From Leidyana gryllorum EB-2025a (Eukaryota > Protista > Apicomplexa), in NCBI GenBank assembly GCA_048772705.1, contig JBLWGC010000214.1:1-16120 (forward strand): DNA of 16,120 nt, in the 5' to 3' direction. How positions within the stretch are numbered: position 1 is the first letter of the stretch; every line of letters begins with the position of its first letter. This document shows, piece after piece, positions 7,142 to 14,869 of this stretch. Both the position numbers and the translations under genes were made by a program. The notes under the pieces were generated by a model. It worked only from the letters and a program-made list of their open reading frames with translations, was not told the DNA's origin and searched no databases.

Positions 7142-7213
7142 AGCAGTGTAGCTCAGTGGAAGAGTGTTGGGCTCATAACCGAAAGGTCCGTCGATCGAAA
7201 CGACGCACTGCTA
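7142..7213 (+). tRNA. Initiator tRNA-Met(CAT)
   Basis: AGCAGTG/CACTGCT (A1-U72), T-loop ATCGAAA; G29.G41 mismatch. Confidence 0.85.
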
Positions 7214-7262
7214 AGTGTGCGCAGGAGGGAAACAGTTATAGAATTGACTGGGTCGTGAGCAA

Positions 7263-7327
7263 AGCCTTCTGCCGGAATCGAAGCCGGGGCTTACGAAGCG
7301 AACGCTCTGCCCCTAAACTAAGAAGGC
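7263..7327 (-). pseudogene. tRNA-Thr(CGT), internal deletion
   Basis: Variable region and part of the anticodon stem lost. Confidence 0.8.
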
Positions 7328-7402
7328 AATGGAAGCCGGAGATGACGAAACAATCGCTATTGACGGAGATTAGTGGAGCACTTTGCTAGAGTAGTCAATG
7401 AC

Positions 7403-7475
7403 TTCCACTGCCGGGACTTGAACCCGGATCGTGCGGGTGAAAGCCGCATATCCTAGCCACTTAGACTACAGTGGA
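7403..7475 (-). tRNA. tRNA-Glu(TTC)
   Basis: Identical to 5370-5442. Confidence 0.95.
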
Positions 7476-7645
7476 CGAGTGGTTGAGTTGGGGCTTCGGC
7501 CGAGAGCCGTACCGTCTTGGAAAACATGGTATGTCGGCGTGATCAAGTGAGTGGATCTCTGATACAGATTCGGACTTAGTAACCAATTCCATTTGTATTG
7601 ATCGTGGAATCTTGGGCCTTCCTCGGGTACGGGCCGAGCTTCCTT

Positions 7646-7716
7646 GCCGCCCCAACTCAGTCACTAGAGCGCAAGACTTTTGAAGGGAGATCCGCGGGTT
7701 TGGGCGGCGCGAGCAG
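7646..7716 (+). pseudogene. Degenerate tRNA-Lys(TTT)
   Basis: Duplicate of the copy at 5600. Confidence 0.65.
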
Positions 7717-7779
7717 TCCCAGTAAAGCTCGCGGAACCGTATGTGAAGCCACTGGCCGCAAAATGCCAAGTTCGACAGC

Positions 7780-7861
7780 GGCAACTTGCCCGAGTGGTTA
7801 AGGGGGTAGACTAGAAATCTACTGGGCCTGGCCCGCGCTGGTTCAAATCCAGCAGTTGTCG
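7780..7861 (+). tRNA. tRNA-Ser(AGA)
   Basis: Identical to 723-804. Confidence 0.95.
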
Positions 7862-7925
7862 TGCGATGTGATCGGAGGGTCAAACACCAACTCACGCATG
7901 AAATTCAACCATGTGCCATCTTCTC

Positions 7926-7996
7926 TGCATCTGCCGGGAATCGAACCTGGGTCGTCTCGGTGGCAACCACACAGTCTACCACTAAACCACAGATGC
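7926..7996 (-). pseudogene. tRNA-Gly(GCC), mispaired anticodon stem
   Basis: Duplicate of 5879-5949. Confidence 0.75.
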
Positions 7997-8136
7997 GTGA
8001 CATCTCCATTCCTGAATACAAAGCGAAGGGTCTTGACTAGTCCAGGCCGTCCAACTTAGGCCGATACATAAAAACCAGGCTCATCGGATACGTGGTTCCA
8101 GAGACACACGCCCCTTTCGCAATCGGGAAGCTCCGT

Positions 8137-8206
8137 GCAGCCATCTAGTGGTCACGACGTCTGTTTAACACCCAAAAGGTCCCGAGTTCCATCCTCGGTG
8201 GCTGTA
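8137..8206 (+). pseudogene. Degenerate tRNA-Val(AAC)
   Basis: Duplicate of 6090-6159. Confidence 0.8.
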
Positions 8207-8258
8207 ACACGCATCGTTCAGGTGAGCATCACGAAATCTAGAGCGGAAGACGATCTAT

Positions 8259-8330
8259 CTCCGAGGCCGGGAATCGAACCCGGGTCTTCCGCGTGACAGG
8301 CGGAGACACTAACCACTATACTAACTCGCA
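8259..8330 (-). pseudogene. tRNA-Asp(GTC), mispaired acceptor
   Basis: Acceptor TGCGAGT/CCTCGGA; other arms intact. Confidence 0.72.
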
Positions 8331-8418
8331 CCCTCTGAACACGCCGGCCTCCAATCCCAGAAGTCTTTCTATTTCGGCTCACGGACAAAAAACGCGTGGA
8401 GGGACGAACCAACAACAC

Positions 8419-8483
8419 TGGTCTAAGGCGCTGTGTTCAGGCCGCAGTCCGAAAGGGCGTGGGTTCGAATCCCACTCTTGTCA
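8419..8483 (+). pseudogene. tRNA-Leu(CAG), 5'-truncated
   Basis: Begins in the D-loop (TGGTCTAAGGCG); 5' acceptor strand deleted. Confidence 0.8.
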
Positions 8484-8532
8484 GCCGTTTTATCGGCCCT
8501 CGGTCAGCCACTGGATGCAATAGGTCTTCCAT

Positions 8533-8838
8533 TGGTTTGATAGGCGGAACATCCGCCGAATCGCTGGTTCCGTCCCTAGTTGGATGCATTGGGTCCATAA
8601 TCTATACTGATGGCTAATCTGGGTATTCTGAAGTTGGGTTTTGGTTTGGTAAGTGCCCGTAATTGAATTAGTTGTATTGGAATGTAATGAAAAATGAATA
8701 ATAAAAACGTGTGTGTCGTGCTCGTGTCTCCCTTAACCAGGCTGGCACGTAGATCTAGCTTAAGCTAAAGGCCTTAGGCCGTCATTGACTCTGGGGTTTA
8801 ACTGAAAGAATGCAGATCAGGTTCAAAATGACGCATCA
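8533..8838. mobile_element. Candidate solo LTR (306 bp) with 5-bp target-site duplication
   Basis: Insert begins TG and ends CA; flanked by TCCAT (8528-8532, 8839-8843); absent from the homologous Leu-Ala spacers near 14994 and 1559; AT-rich core containing AATAAA. Confidence 0.7.
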
Positions 8839-8862
8839 TCCATGTAGAGCGGATGAGCGGAT

Positions 8863-8935
8863 GGGCGGCTAGCTCAGATGGTAGAGCGCTCGCTTCGCAT
8901 GCGAGAGGTACTGGGATCAATACCCAGGTCGTCCA
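8863..8935 (+). tRNA. tRNA-Ala(CGC)
   Basis: G3:U70, CTCGC-TTCGCAT-GCGAG arm, T-loop ATCAATA. Confidence 0.92.
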
Positions 8936-9050
8936 AAGTACGTACGGCTGCACGTGGCGGGATCCAAACAAACTTCCATCTTTGAAGGGTCGCAGACCAC
9001 AAGTGCCATTGGCACACCAGCGCACTCAGTGTTTAGTGTGCCTCTGAAAC

Positions 9051-9123
9051 CGGTCCTGGCAGGTTTCGAACCTGCGACTTTGTGGTTAACAGCCAAACGC
9101 TCTGCCGACTGAGCTACAAGACC
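9051..9123 (-). tRNA. tRNA-Asn(GTT)
   Basis: GGTCTTG/CAGGACC acceptor, loop CT-GTT-AA, G73; one anticodon stem mismatch. Confidence 0.88.
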
Positions 9124-9240
9124 CAGCTACAATGGTTCAGAGGTTAGTATAGAGATCCTCCTTTTTCTACAACAGGATTCTGCAACCACGTCTTGTCAAG
9201 AGGGTACGGCTCTCGTCCAAAGCCCCAACTCGGGCACTTG

Positions 9241-9311
9241 TCCACTGTAGTCTAAGTGGCTAGGATATGCGGCTTTCACCCGCACATCCGGTTCAAGGCC
9301 CGGCAGTGGAA
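9241..9311 (+). pseudogene. tRNA-Glu(TTC) with small deletions
   Basis: Two 1-nt deletions in the variable region and T stem (could also be sequencing error). Confidence 0.72.
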
Positions 9312-9527
9312 GCTATTCGAGCAAAGTGCCTCAGTCACTAGCCGAAGGAGCCGACTGATGTGTTCAGCAAAGCCTTATGATTGGTACTGAACCGGCCACT
9401 CCGACCTTCTTCCACCCCGCCAAGCAGTCATTCAAAAGGCCAATACTGACATCGAGAAGGGGGTGTACCTACATCGCTACCAATTCGCACGGGATTCCCG
9501 ATGGAAGGTGTAGCCCGTTCCGCTGTC

Positions 9528-9609
9528 GGCAAGGTGGCCGAGTGGTTAAGGCGGCGGCCTGCTAAGCCGTTGGGTTTCACCCGCGAGAGTTCGAATCTCT
9601 CCCTTGTCG
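9528..9609 (+). tRNA. tRNA-Ser(GCT)
   Basis: GCGGC-CTGCTAA-GCCGT arm, T stem GAGAG/CTCTC; intact. Confidence 0.95.
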
Positions 9610-9818
9610 GTAGGTAGGATTCGGGAAAAAGCACAATTGGTTCACTCATTGAAGTGAGCTTTCTGTCCGACCCAAATCCAACGCTCTACGCTGGGCGCTA
9701 TATACAGGAGCCACTTAAAATATTTCAGAGGTCAGTAGAGAGACCCGTGTTGCGTGTGACCAGTTGGGGAAGCGATAGTACGGATAATTCTACCGACTCT
9801 TCTGGGATGTGCTGAACC

Positions 9819-9890
9819 GGTTGCGTGGTGTAGTGGTTAGCACTGGAGACTCTGAATCTCCCGACCTGGGTTCGATTCCCGGCGCGACCT
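9819..9890 (+). tRNA. tRNA-Gln(CTG)
   Basis: Intact cloverleaf, GGAGA-CTCTGAA-TCTCC. Confidence 0.95.
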
Positions 9891-9952
9891 TGGAACTGGT
9901 CCTCACTACTCCCTGAAACTTCGCCATCTCTTGGGCTGCGGGGACCATCCGT

Positions 9953-10025
9953 GCAGCAATGGTCTAGTGGTCACGACGTCTGCTTCACACGCAGAAGGTC
10001 CCGAGTTCGATCCTCGGTGGCTGTA
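9953..10025 (+). tRNA. tRNA-Val(CAC)
   Basis: TCTGC-TTCACAC-GCAGA arm; A6.G67 mismatch. Confidence 0.87.
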
Positions 10026-10080
10026 GCTCGCAACTTTCAGCGGGAACCAAAGGGGAGAATCTTAACCGAAATCAACTGTG

Positions 10081-10152
10081 CTCCGAGACCGGAAATCGAA
10101 CCCGGGTCTTCCGCGTGACAGGCGGAAATACTAACCACTATACTATCTCGGA
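10081..10152 (-). tRNA. tRNA-Asp(GTC)
   Basis: Full cloverleaf with one G-U in the T stem. Confidence 0.92.
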
Positions 10153-10245
10153 CGCTCGCAAACACGCCGGCCTTCAGCCTCAGACGTCTTACCAGTTTCG
10201 AGATTCCACGGACAAAAACTGCGTGGAGCGACGAACCAACACTGC

Positions 10246-10300
10246 GGCAAGATGCCCAAGTTGTCCAAGGCGCTGTGTTCAGGCCGCAGTCCGACAGGGT
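10246..10300 (+). pseudogene. tRNA-Leu(CAG), 3'-truncated
   Basis: Same Leu/Tyr-flank junction as 6452-6506. Confidence 0.75.
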
Positions 10301-10345
10301 GAGGATCTGGGGTTAAGCCTTTCGAACCCCGGAGCAGTTGGACGG

Positions 10346-10425
10346 CCGGGGGTAGCTCAGTTGGTAGAGTATCTGACTGTAGTGCGGGCATCAGATAGTC
10401 GGCGGTTCGATTCCGTCCCACCGGA
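10346..10425 (+). tRNA. tRNA-Tyr(GTA) with 7-nt intron (10383-10389)
   Basis: C1-G72, A73, TCTGA-CTGTAG-[TGCGGGC]-A-TCAGA; G5.A68 mismatch. Confidence 0.87.
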
Positions 10426-10515
10426 AGTAGAGGGTCATCGGCAAACTACTACTCAACTTGATGAGCGTTGATAGGCCAACTAGACTACTCCGACGAGAAT
10501 TCCATCTATATAGTT

Positions 10516-10587
10516 CGGATGGGCTGGGAATCGATCCAGAACCCTTCGTATACTAAGCCACCTTTTCATCATCTGGGCTAGCCTCCC
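10516..10587 (-). pseudogene. Degenerate tRNA-Ala
   Basis: Duplicate of 6725-6797. Confidence 0.65.
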
Positions 10588-10733
10588 TCTATGCCTACCT
10601 CATGGCATTGAGTGATACTTCACATAGTGATACGAGTCTCTCGACTGTACCCAGCGGGTTGAACCATTTGGTCTAGCGGGTTCGATTCCCAGCCCGTCTG
10701 ATAGTTGTTGACGCTACACGGCACCATTCGCCC

Positions 10734-10806
10734 AGACGCTACTGGGACTCGAACCCAGAATCCCCGGTTCCGTAGACCGATGCCATATCCATTAGGCCAT
10801 AGCGCC
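10734..10806 (-). tRNA. tRNA-Arg(ACG)
   Basis: GGCGCTA/TAGCGTC acceptor, A20, TCGGT-CTACGGA-ACCGG arm. Confidence 0.93.
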
Positions 10807-10927
10807 GACTAACGGAGCCGTCAAATGGAAGTGTGTAGCGATCAAGAAAGGACATGGGCAGCTACGCCCGATCGTGAATTTGGACAGACTTCACCTACAT
10901 CTCCCATTCGAGACATCGGGGACATAC

Positions 10928-11000
10928 TATCCAAGCCAGGATTCGGGCCTGGGTATGCACGGCCACAACTTGCTGTTGTAAGCACCTAGACGACCCGGAC
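10928..11000 (-). pseudogene. Degenerate tRNA-His(GTG)
   Basis: Reverse complement GTCCGGGTCGTCTAG...TTGTGGCCGTGCA..CCCAGG is collinear with 2929-3000. Confidence 0.72.
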
Positions 11001-11048
11001 AATCTTCAAGTGAGGCTGGTGCGTACCAAAGCCATCATTTCCACCACA

Positions 11049-11176
11049 GAATTCAACTGGGCCTGGGCCGCGCTGGTGCAGATCCAGCAGTTGTCGTGCG
11101 ATGTGATTGGAGGGGTCAGACACCAACTTACGCATGAATTCCAATCTACCCCCCTTCCCCACTCGGGCAAGTTGGC
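11049..11176. pseudogene. tRNA-Ser split by an inversion (3' half on +, 5' half on -)
   Basis: 11057-11096 matches the Ser 3' half on +; 11142-11176 is the reverse complement of the Ser 5' half; GAATTC at both breakpoints. Confidence 0.75.
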
Positions 11177-11264
11177 TACTGTCGATTTCGCCATGCGGCG
11201 AGGAGTGACCCCACATACCGCCGCGGTGAGTGCTTATTTTCATCGCCTTCCGTGACTACCTACC

Positions 11265-11337
11265 GCCTCGGTAGCTCAGTTGGGAGAGCGCCAGACTGAA
11301 GATCTGGAAGTCCCGTGTTCGATCCACGGCCGAGGCA
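11265..11337 (+). tRNA. tRNA-Phe(GAA)
   Basis: GCCTCGG/CCGAGGC acceptor, G20, CCAGA-CTGAAGA-TCTGG arm; intact. Confidence 0.96.
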
Positions 11338-11466
11338 GAGACGTTGTGACATTTGGTGTCATCCCTCACAGCCGTGCGACTCCAGCTTGCCAGCAGCGTT
11401 CCGCAGATTCTCAACAGGCAATCGTCCACTCATCAAGCAGGGCATGCAATAGCTCTTCTAAGTTGG

Positions 11467-11533
11467 AGACCGCTAGCTCAAAGGGTGGAGTGCTCATTGA
11501 CATGCCAGATGAGATCGATAGACAGGTTGTCCA
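11467..11533 (+). pseudogene. Highly degenerate tRNA-Ala
   Basis: GCTAGCTCAAA..GGT.GAG.GCTC...GATCGATA..CAGGTTGTCCA within Ala-type flanks. Confidence 0.55.
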
Positions 11534-11659
11534 ACTTGCATACGGCTGCACCTGCGGGAACTCAGTCCGCGTTACGACCTCAGCACGGTCGCATTTTGCC
11601 GTCAGACCACAAGTGCAGTCGAAAGATCGACAGAGGCTGTAGCACTCACAGAGGACACG

Positions 11660-11714
11660 AGGAGAGTGTTGGGCTCATGACCCAAAGTTCCGTCGATCGA
11701 AACGACGCACTGGT
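11660..11714 (+). pseudogene. Initiator tRNA-Met remnant
   Basis: GAGTGTTGGGCTCATGACCCAAAGTTCCGTCGATCGAAACGACGCACTG; 5' end disrupted. Confidence 0.75.
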
Positions 11715-11924
11715 GAGCGCCCGCAGGGGGACACACTTATAGAAATGATTCACAGGCGTCTTTTCTTCGAGAGCTCCCCGACCTGGTATCGACCCCCGCA
11801 CATTTGGCCTGCAAAGTCACCTCTCTGGCACTTGGGATAGGCGCCTATCCGCTAAACCCAAGCGAACTTTTCCAGCCTCGGTTCCTCAACAGTGGCACTT
11901 CGAGCCCTCAAGCTCAACACTGCG

Positions 11925-12005
11925 GCACAGATCGCGGTGGCCTGCGGTGCCAAACTTGAGTTTGGATGGCCAAGTCTGCATGGCTGCGAATGGCAGCCAC
12001 TCTTC
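11925..12005 (+). pseudogene. Highly degenerate tRNA-Leu(CAA)-derived
   Basis: GCACAGAT...GCCAAACTTGAGTTTGG...CAAGTCTGCATGG is collinear with Leu 2599-2682. Confidence 0.55.
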
Positions 12006-12034
12006 TCGATTCCACGGTTGAGCGGGACCACGAG

Positions 12035-12107
12035 AACGGTGAGCGGGACTCGAACCCACAACCTTTGCCTCCGGAGGGCAACACGCTATCCATTGCGCCA
12101 CCACCGC
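12035..12107 (-). tRNA. tRNA-Arg(CCG)
   Basis: GCGGTGG/TCACCGT acceptor, A20, TTGCC-CTCCGGA-GGCAA arm. Confidence 0.9.
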
Positions 12108-12285
12108 ACAACCCACAGCCTCACTGTCTTAAACACCTGAGTCGTCAGTATCGCCTGGCCCCACTGGTTCGAATCTAGCAGCTGTCGAGTGACGTGGTAG
12201 GCGGAGTTCGAAAGACTCGTTATCGTATTTGAGACAGGGGATGCGTGTATCAACTCTCCTAGACCCTCGTCAGCGGCTAGCAAAA

Positions 12286-12359
12286 AGGCTGTTTTAGGAA
12301 TCGAACCCAGGACTCCTTCCACCCCCTAAGGAAGGATCATACCACTAGGCCGAACAGCC
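12286..12359 (-). pseudogene. tRNA-Pro(AGG) with 9-nt anticodon loop
   Basis: CTTCC-TTAGGGGGT-GGAAG; T-stem mismatch; U8 changed to C. Confidence 0.75.
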
Positions 12360-12415
12360 GAATGTTAGGGGGATCCACGATGTAATGGCCAATTCCGCCC
12401 TGGAATGAGTACCGT

Positions 12416-12461
12416 TGCACAGAATGGGATTCGCACCCATGCAGACTTGCGCCTACCAGAA
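12416..12461 (-). pseudogene. tRNA-Leu(CAA) 3' half
   Basis: Matches 2599-2644 and breaks at the anticodon loop. Confidence 0.75.
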
Positions 12462-12464
12462 TGT

Positions 12465-12501
12465 GGCAAGATGCCCTAGTGGGCAAGGCGCTGTGTTCAG
12501 A
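12465..12501 (+). pseudogene. tRNA-Leu(CAG) 5' half
   Basis: GGCAAGATGCCCTAGTGGGCAAGGCGCTGTGTTCAG. Confidence 0.65.
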
Positions 12502-12567
12502 CCCCACTCACGTGGTCGGCACTGGCTACCCGCAGGAACCCCAGACTACTTATTTCGATGCTGCATT

Positions 12568-12648
12568 GCGAGAATGCCCGAGAGGTTAAGGGGGTGGCCT
12601 TAAGATCCACTGGTTAATTCCGCGTGGGTTCGAACCCCACTTCTCGCA
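12568..12648 (+). tRNA. tRNA-Leu(TAA)
   Basis: GCGAGAA/TTCTCGC acceptor, loop CT-TAA-GA, long variable arm; 31-39 mismatch. Confidence 0.9.
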
Positions 12649-12694
12649 TAAGGAGGCAAGTGTCGGAGGGGGAATCGGATGACAATGCAACGGT

Positions 12695-12774
12695 TGGCAA
12701 GAGTGGGATTCGAACCCACGCCCTTTCGAACTGCGGCCTTAACACAGCGCCTTAGACCACTCGGCCATCATGCC
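12695..12774 (-). tRNA. tRNA-Leu(AAG)
   Basis: CTGTG-TTAAGGC-CGCAG arm; one acceptor mismatch. Confidence 0.87.
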
Positions 12775-12914
12775 GGAGTGTTCTTGGCTCGCCACTTGAC
12801 ACGTTTTCTTTTCGTGAAGTGTCGAGAAGGGAGGACCCGGGTACGATTCCCGGTCTTGGAGACACTTAGTTTTTCCGCTTTAGATTTCGTGGTGCTCACC
12901 TGAAAAATGCGACT

Positions 12915-12987
12915 TACAGCCACCGAGGATCGAACTCGGGACCTTCTGCGTGTTAAGCAGACGTCGTGACCACTAGACCATGGCTGC
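12915..12987 (-). tRNA. tRNA-Val(AAC)
   Basis: Intact cloverleaf; T-loop TTCGATC. Confidence 0.94.
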
Positions 12988-13050
12988 AGCGAAGGTCCCG
13001 CAGACCACGAGAAGTGGCGAGGCTTCACGGAAAAGTGAAGACCAGTTTCG

Positions 13051-13122
13051 AGGTCGCGCCGGGAATCGAAGATAGGTCGGGAGATTTAGAGTCTCCAGTG
13101 CTAACCACTACACCACGTAACC
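13051..13122 (-). pseudogene. tRNA-Gln body with CTA (amber) anticodon, damaged T stem
   Basis: GGAGA-CTCTAAA-TCTCC arm; T stem CTATC/CCCGG mispaired; A5.C68 mismatch. Confidence 0.8.
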
Positions 13123-13399
13123 GATTCAGTCCTTCCCGAAAAAGAGTTGGTAGAGCCATCCGGACTAGTGCTCCTCAGCTGGACACATGCAACACGCGTC
13201 TCTCTACTGACCTTTGGAATATTGTAATCGGCTCTTGTGTCTAAGTCGGCAGAGTGTGTGTTTGTAAAATACAAACTCGGAAATCCGGGCTCAGAGGCAA
13301 CGTTCACACATACTGCGATGCCCAGGTCTGTCCAAGGGCAACAAGGCACAATTATCTCAGCTCGGGAAATAAATAGCGGCAGGTAAGCCGTACGAAGTT

Positions 13400-13472
13400 T
13401 GGACGACCTGGGCATCGATCCCAGTACCTCTCGCATGCTAAGCGAGCGCTCTACCATGTGAGCTAGTCGCCC
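13400..13472 (-). tRNA. tRNA-Ala(AGC)
   Basis: GGGCGAC/GTCGTCC acceptor, G3:U70, loop TT-AGC-AT. Confidence 0.9.
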
Positions 13473-13559
13473 GTTGTGCAGATTCCATCGATTTTTTTGT
13501 TCTCAACATCGTATGACTACTCTCTCGACTGTACTCAGCGGGTTGCTCGACCGACAGGC

Positions 13560-13631
13560 GGCTGTTTGGTCTAGTGGTATGATTCTTCCTTCGGGTGGAA
13601 GAAGTCCTGGGTTCGGTTCCCAGAACAGCCC
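13560..13631 (+). tRNA. tRNA-Pro(CGG)
   Basis: CTTCC-TTCGGGT-GGAAG arm, C73; A58G variant. Confidence 0.85.
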
Positions 13632-13712
13632 CGTTGGTTGTCGGTTAACCCGACGCTCCACCTCATCTCAACATGGTACGGCTCTCGTCCGAAGCCTCAA
13701 CTCGGAGACTCG

Positions 13713-13785
13713 TCCACTGTAGTCTATGTGGCTTGGATATGAGGCTTTCACCCGCTCGATCCTGGTTCAAGTCCCGGCAGGGGAA
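13713..13785 (+). pseudogene. Degenerate tRNA-Glu(TTC)
   Basis: Several stem mismatches relative to 5370-5442. Confidence 0.75.
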
Positions 13786-13849
13786 ATTCAGCTGAGTGTG
13801 CTTGCAAGCAAAATGTTTCTTTTATACTCCCACCAGAGACATTAATCCG

Positions 13850-13922
13850 CACCGCCCGCGGGGCTCGAACCCGCGACTGCAAGATTAAGAGTCTTGCGCT
13901 CTACCGACTGAGCTAGGGCGGC
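13850..13922 (-). tRNA. tRNA-Lys(CTT)
   Basis: GCCGCCC/GGGCGGT acceptor, CAAGA-CTCTTAA-TCTTG arm, G73; intact. Confidence 0.95.
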
Positions 13923-14025
13923 AAGGAAGCTCTAAACTTAGTTACACCCTATTTGCCGTTGGGTGGACAGTGGAAGTCAATTCATGTCTCCGTGTGTATA
14001 TCCCGTCGCATGCACCCAAATATTC

Positions 14026-14097
14026 GGCTGTTTGGTCTAGTGATATGATCCTTCCTTTGGGTGGAAGAAGTCCTGGGTTCGATTCCCAGAACAGCCC
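14026..14097 (+). tRNA. tRNA-Pro(TGG)
   Basis: CTTCC-TTTGGGT-GGAAG arm; D-loop GG changed to GA. Confidence 0.83.
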
Positions 14098-14286
14098 GTC
14101 TGGTACTTGTTGACTCAAAACGCCAGTCTATCCAAGGTCGGATGAGATATGCTGCTCCCGACAGCTAAGACAACATTTGAGTTAAATATGCATGGAATCT
14201 TCGCCGGATTAACTCCAGTTGGCCCATCAACGCTTTTTGCCAAAGTCCATCAGGTTGAGTAGTAGTTTGCACAGCACCTCTCTACT

Positions 14287-14365
14287 TCCGGTGGGACGGA
14301 ATCGACCCGCCGACTATCTGATGCCAGTACTACAGTCAGATTCTCCACCAACTGAGCTACCCCGG
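14287..14365 (-). pseudogene. tRNA-Tyr(GTA) with 7-nt intron (14323-14329), degenerate
   Basis: CTGTAG-[TACTGGC]-A; acceptor 1 nt short; T54G. Confidence 0.78.
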
Positions 14366-14525
14366 CTGTCCAACTGTGACGAGGTTCGCAGGCGCAACCT
14401 CAGAACCTCAAAAGTGACACTTCAAGCTCTCAAGTACGGCACAGATTACGGGCGTGTTGGGTGTGTTCATTTGAGAAAGTGCTAGTCCGGATAATTCTAC
14501 CGACTCTTCTGGGATGGGCTGAAGC

Positions 14526-14585
14526 GGTTGCGTGGTGTAGTGGTTAGCACTGGAGACTCTGAATCTCCCGACCTGGGTTCGATTC
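14526..14585 (+). pseudogene. tRNA-Gln(CTG), 3'-truncated
   Basis: Identical to the copy at 9819 up to the T-loop, then deleted into the downstream spacer. Confidence 0.82.
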
Positions 14586-14640
14586 GGTCCTCACTACTCC
14601 CTGAATTTTCGCCATCTCTTGGGCTGCGGGGACCATTCGT

Positions 14641-14713
14641 GCCGCCACGGTCTAGTGGTAACGACGTCTGCTTTACACGCAGAAGGTCCCGAGTTCAATC
14701 ATCGGTGGCTGTA
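14641..14713 (+). pseudogene. tRNA-Val(TAC), degenerate
   Basis: TCTGC-TTTACAC-GCAGA arm; acceptor, U8 and T-stem substitutions. Confidence 0.77.
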
Positions 14714-14869
14714 GCTCGCAACGTTCAGCGAGAACCAAAGGAAACAGTCCTAAGCGGAATCGACCGTGCTTCGGAACGGGCATCGGGCGCGGGTCTTCAA
14801 CCCCAAAAGCCTTCCTTCTCGACACTTCACGAAAAGAAAACGTGTCAAGTGGCGAGCCAAGAACACTCC

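Noticed and set aside
8751-8780. Cluster of short palindromes (agatct, tagcttaagcta, ggccttaggcc) suggesting a polylinker or vector
   Set aside because: It lies inside the TSD-flanked insert and matches no vector I recognise; treated as part of the candidate LTR
11772-11845. Possible additional degenerate minus-strand tRNA
   Set aside because: Only a weak T-loop-like motif (GGTCGATACC); no isotype could be assigned and no stems folded
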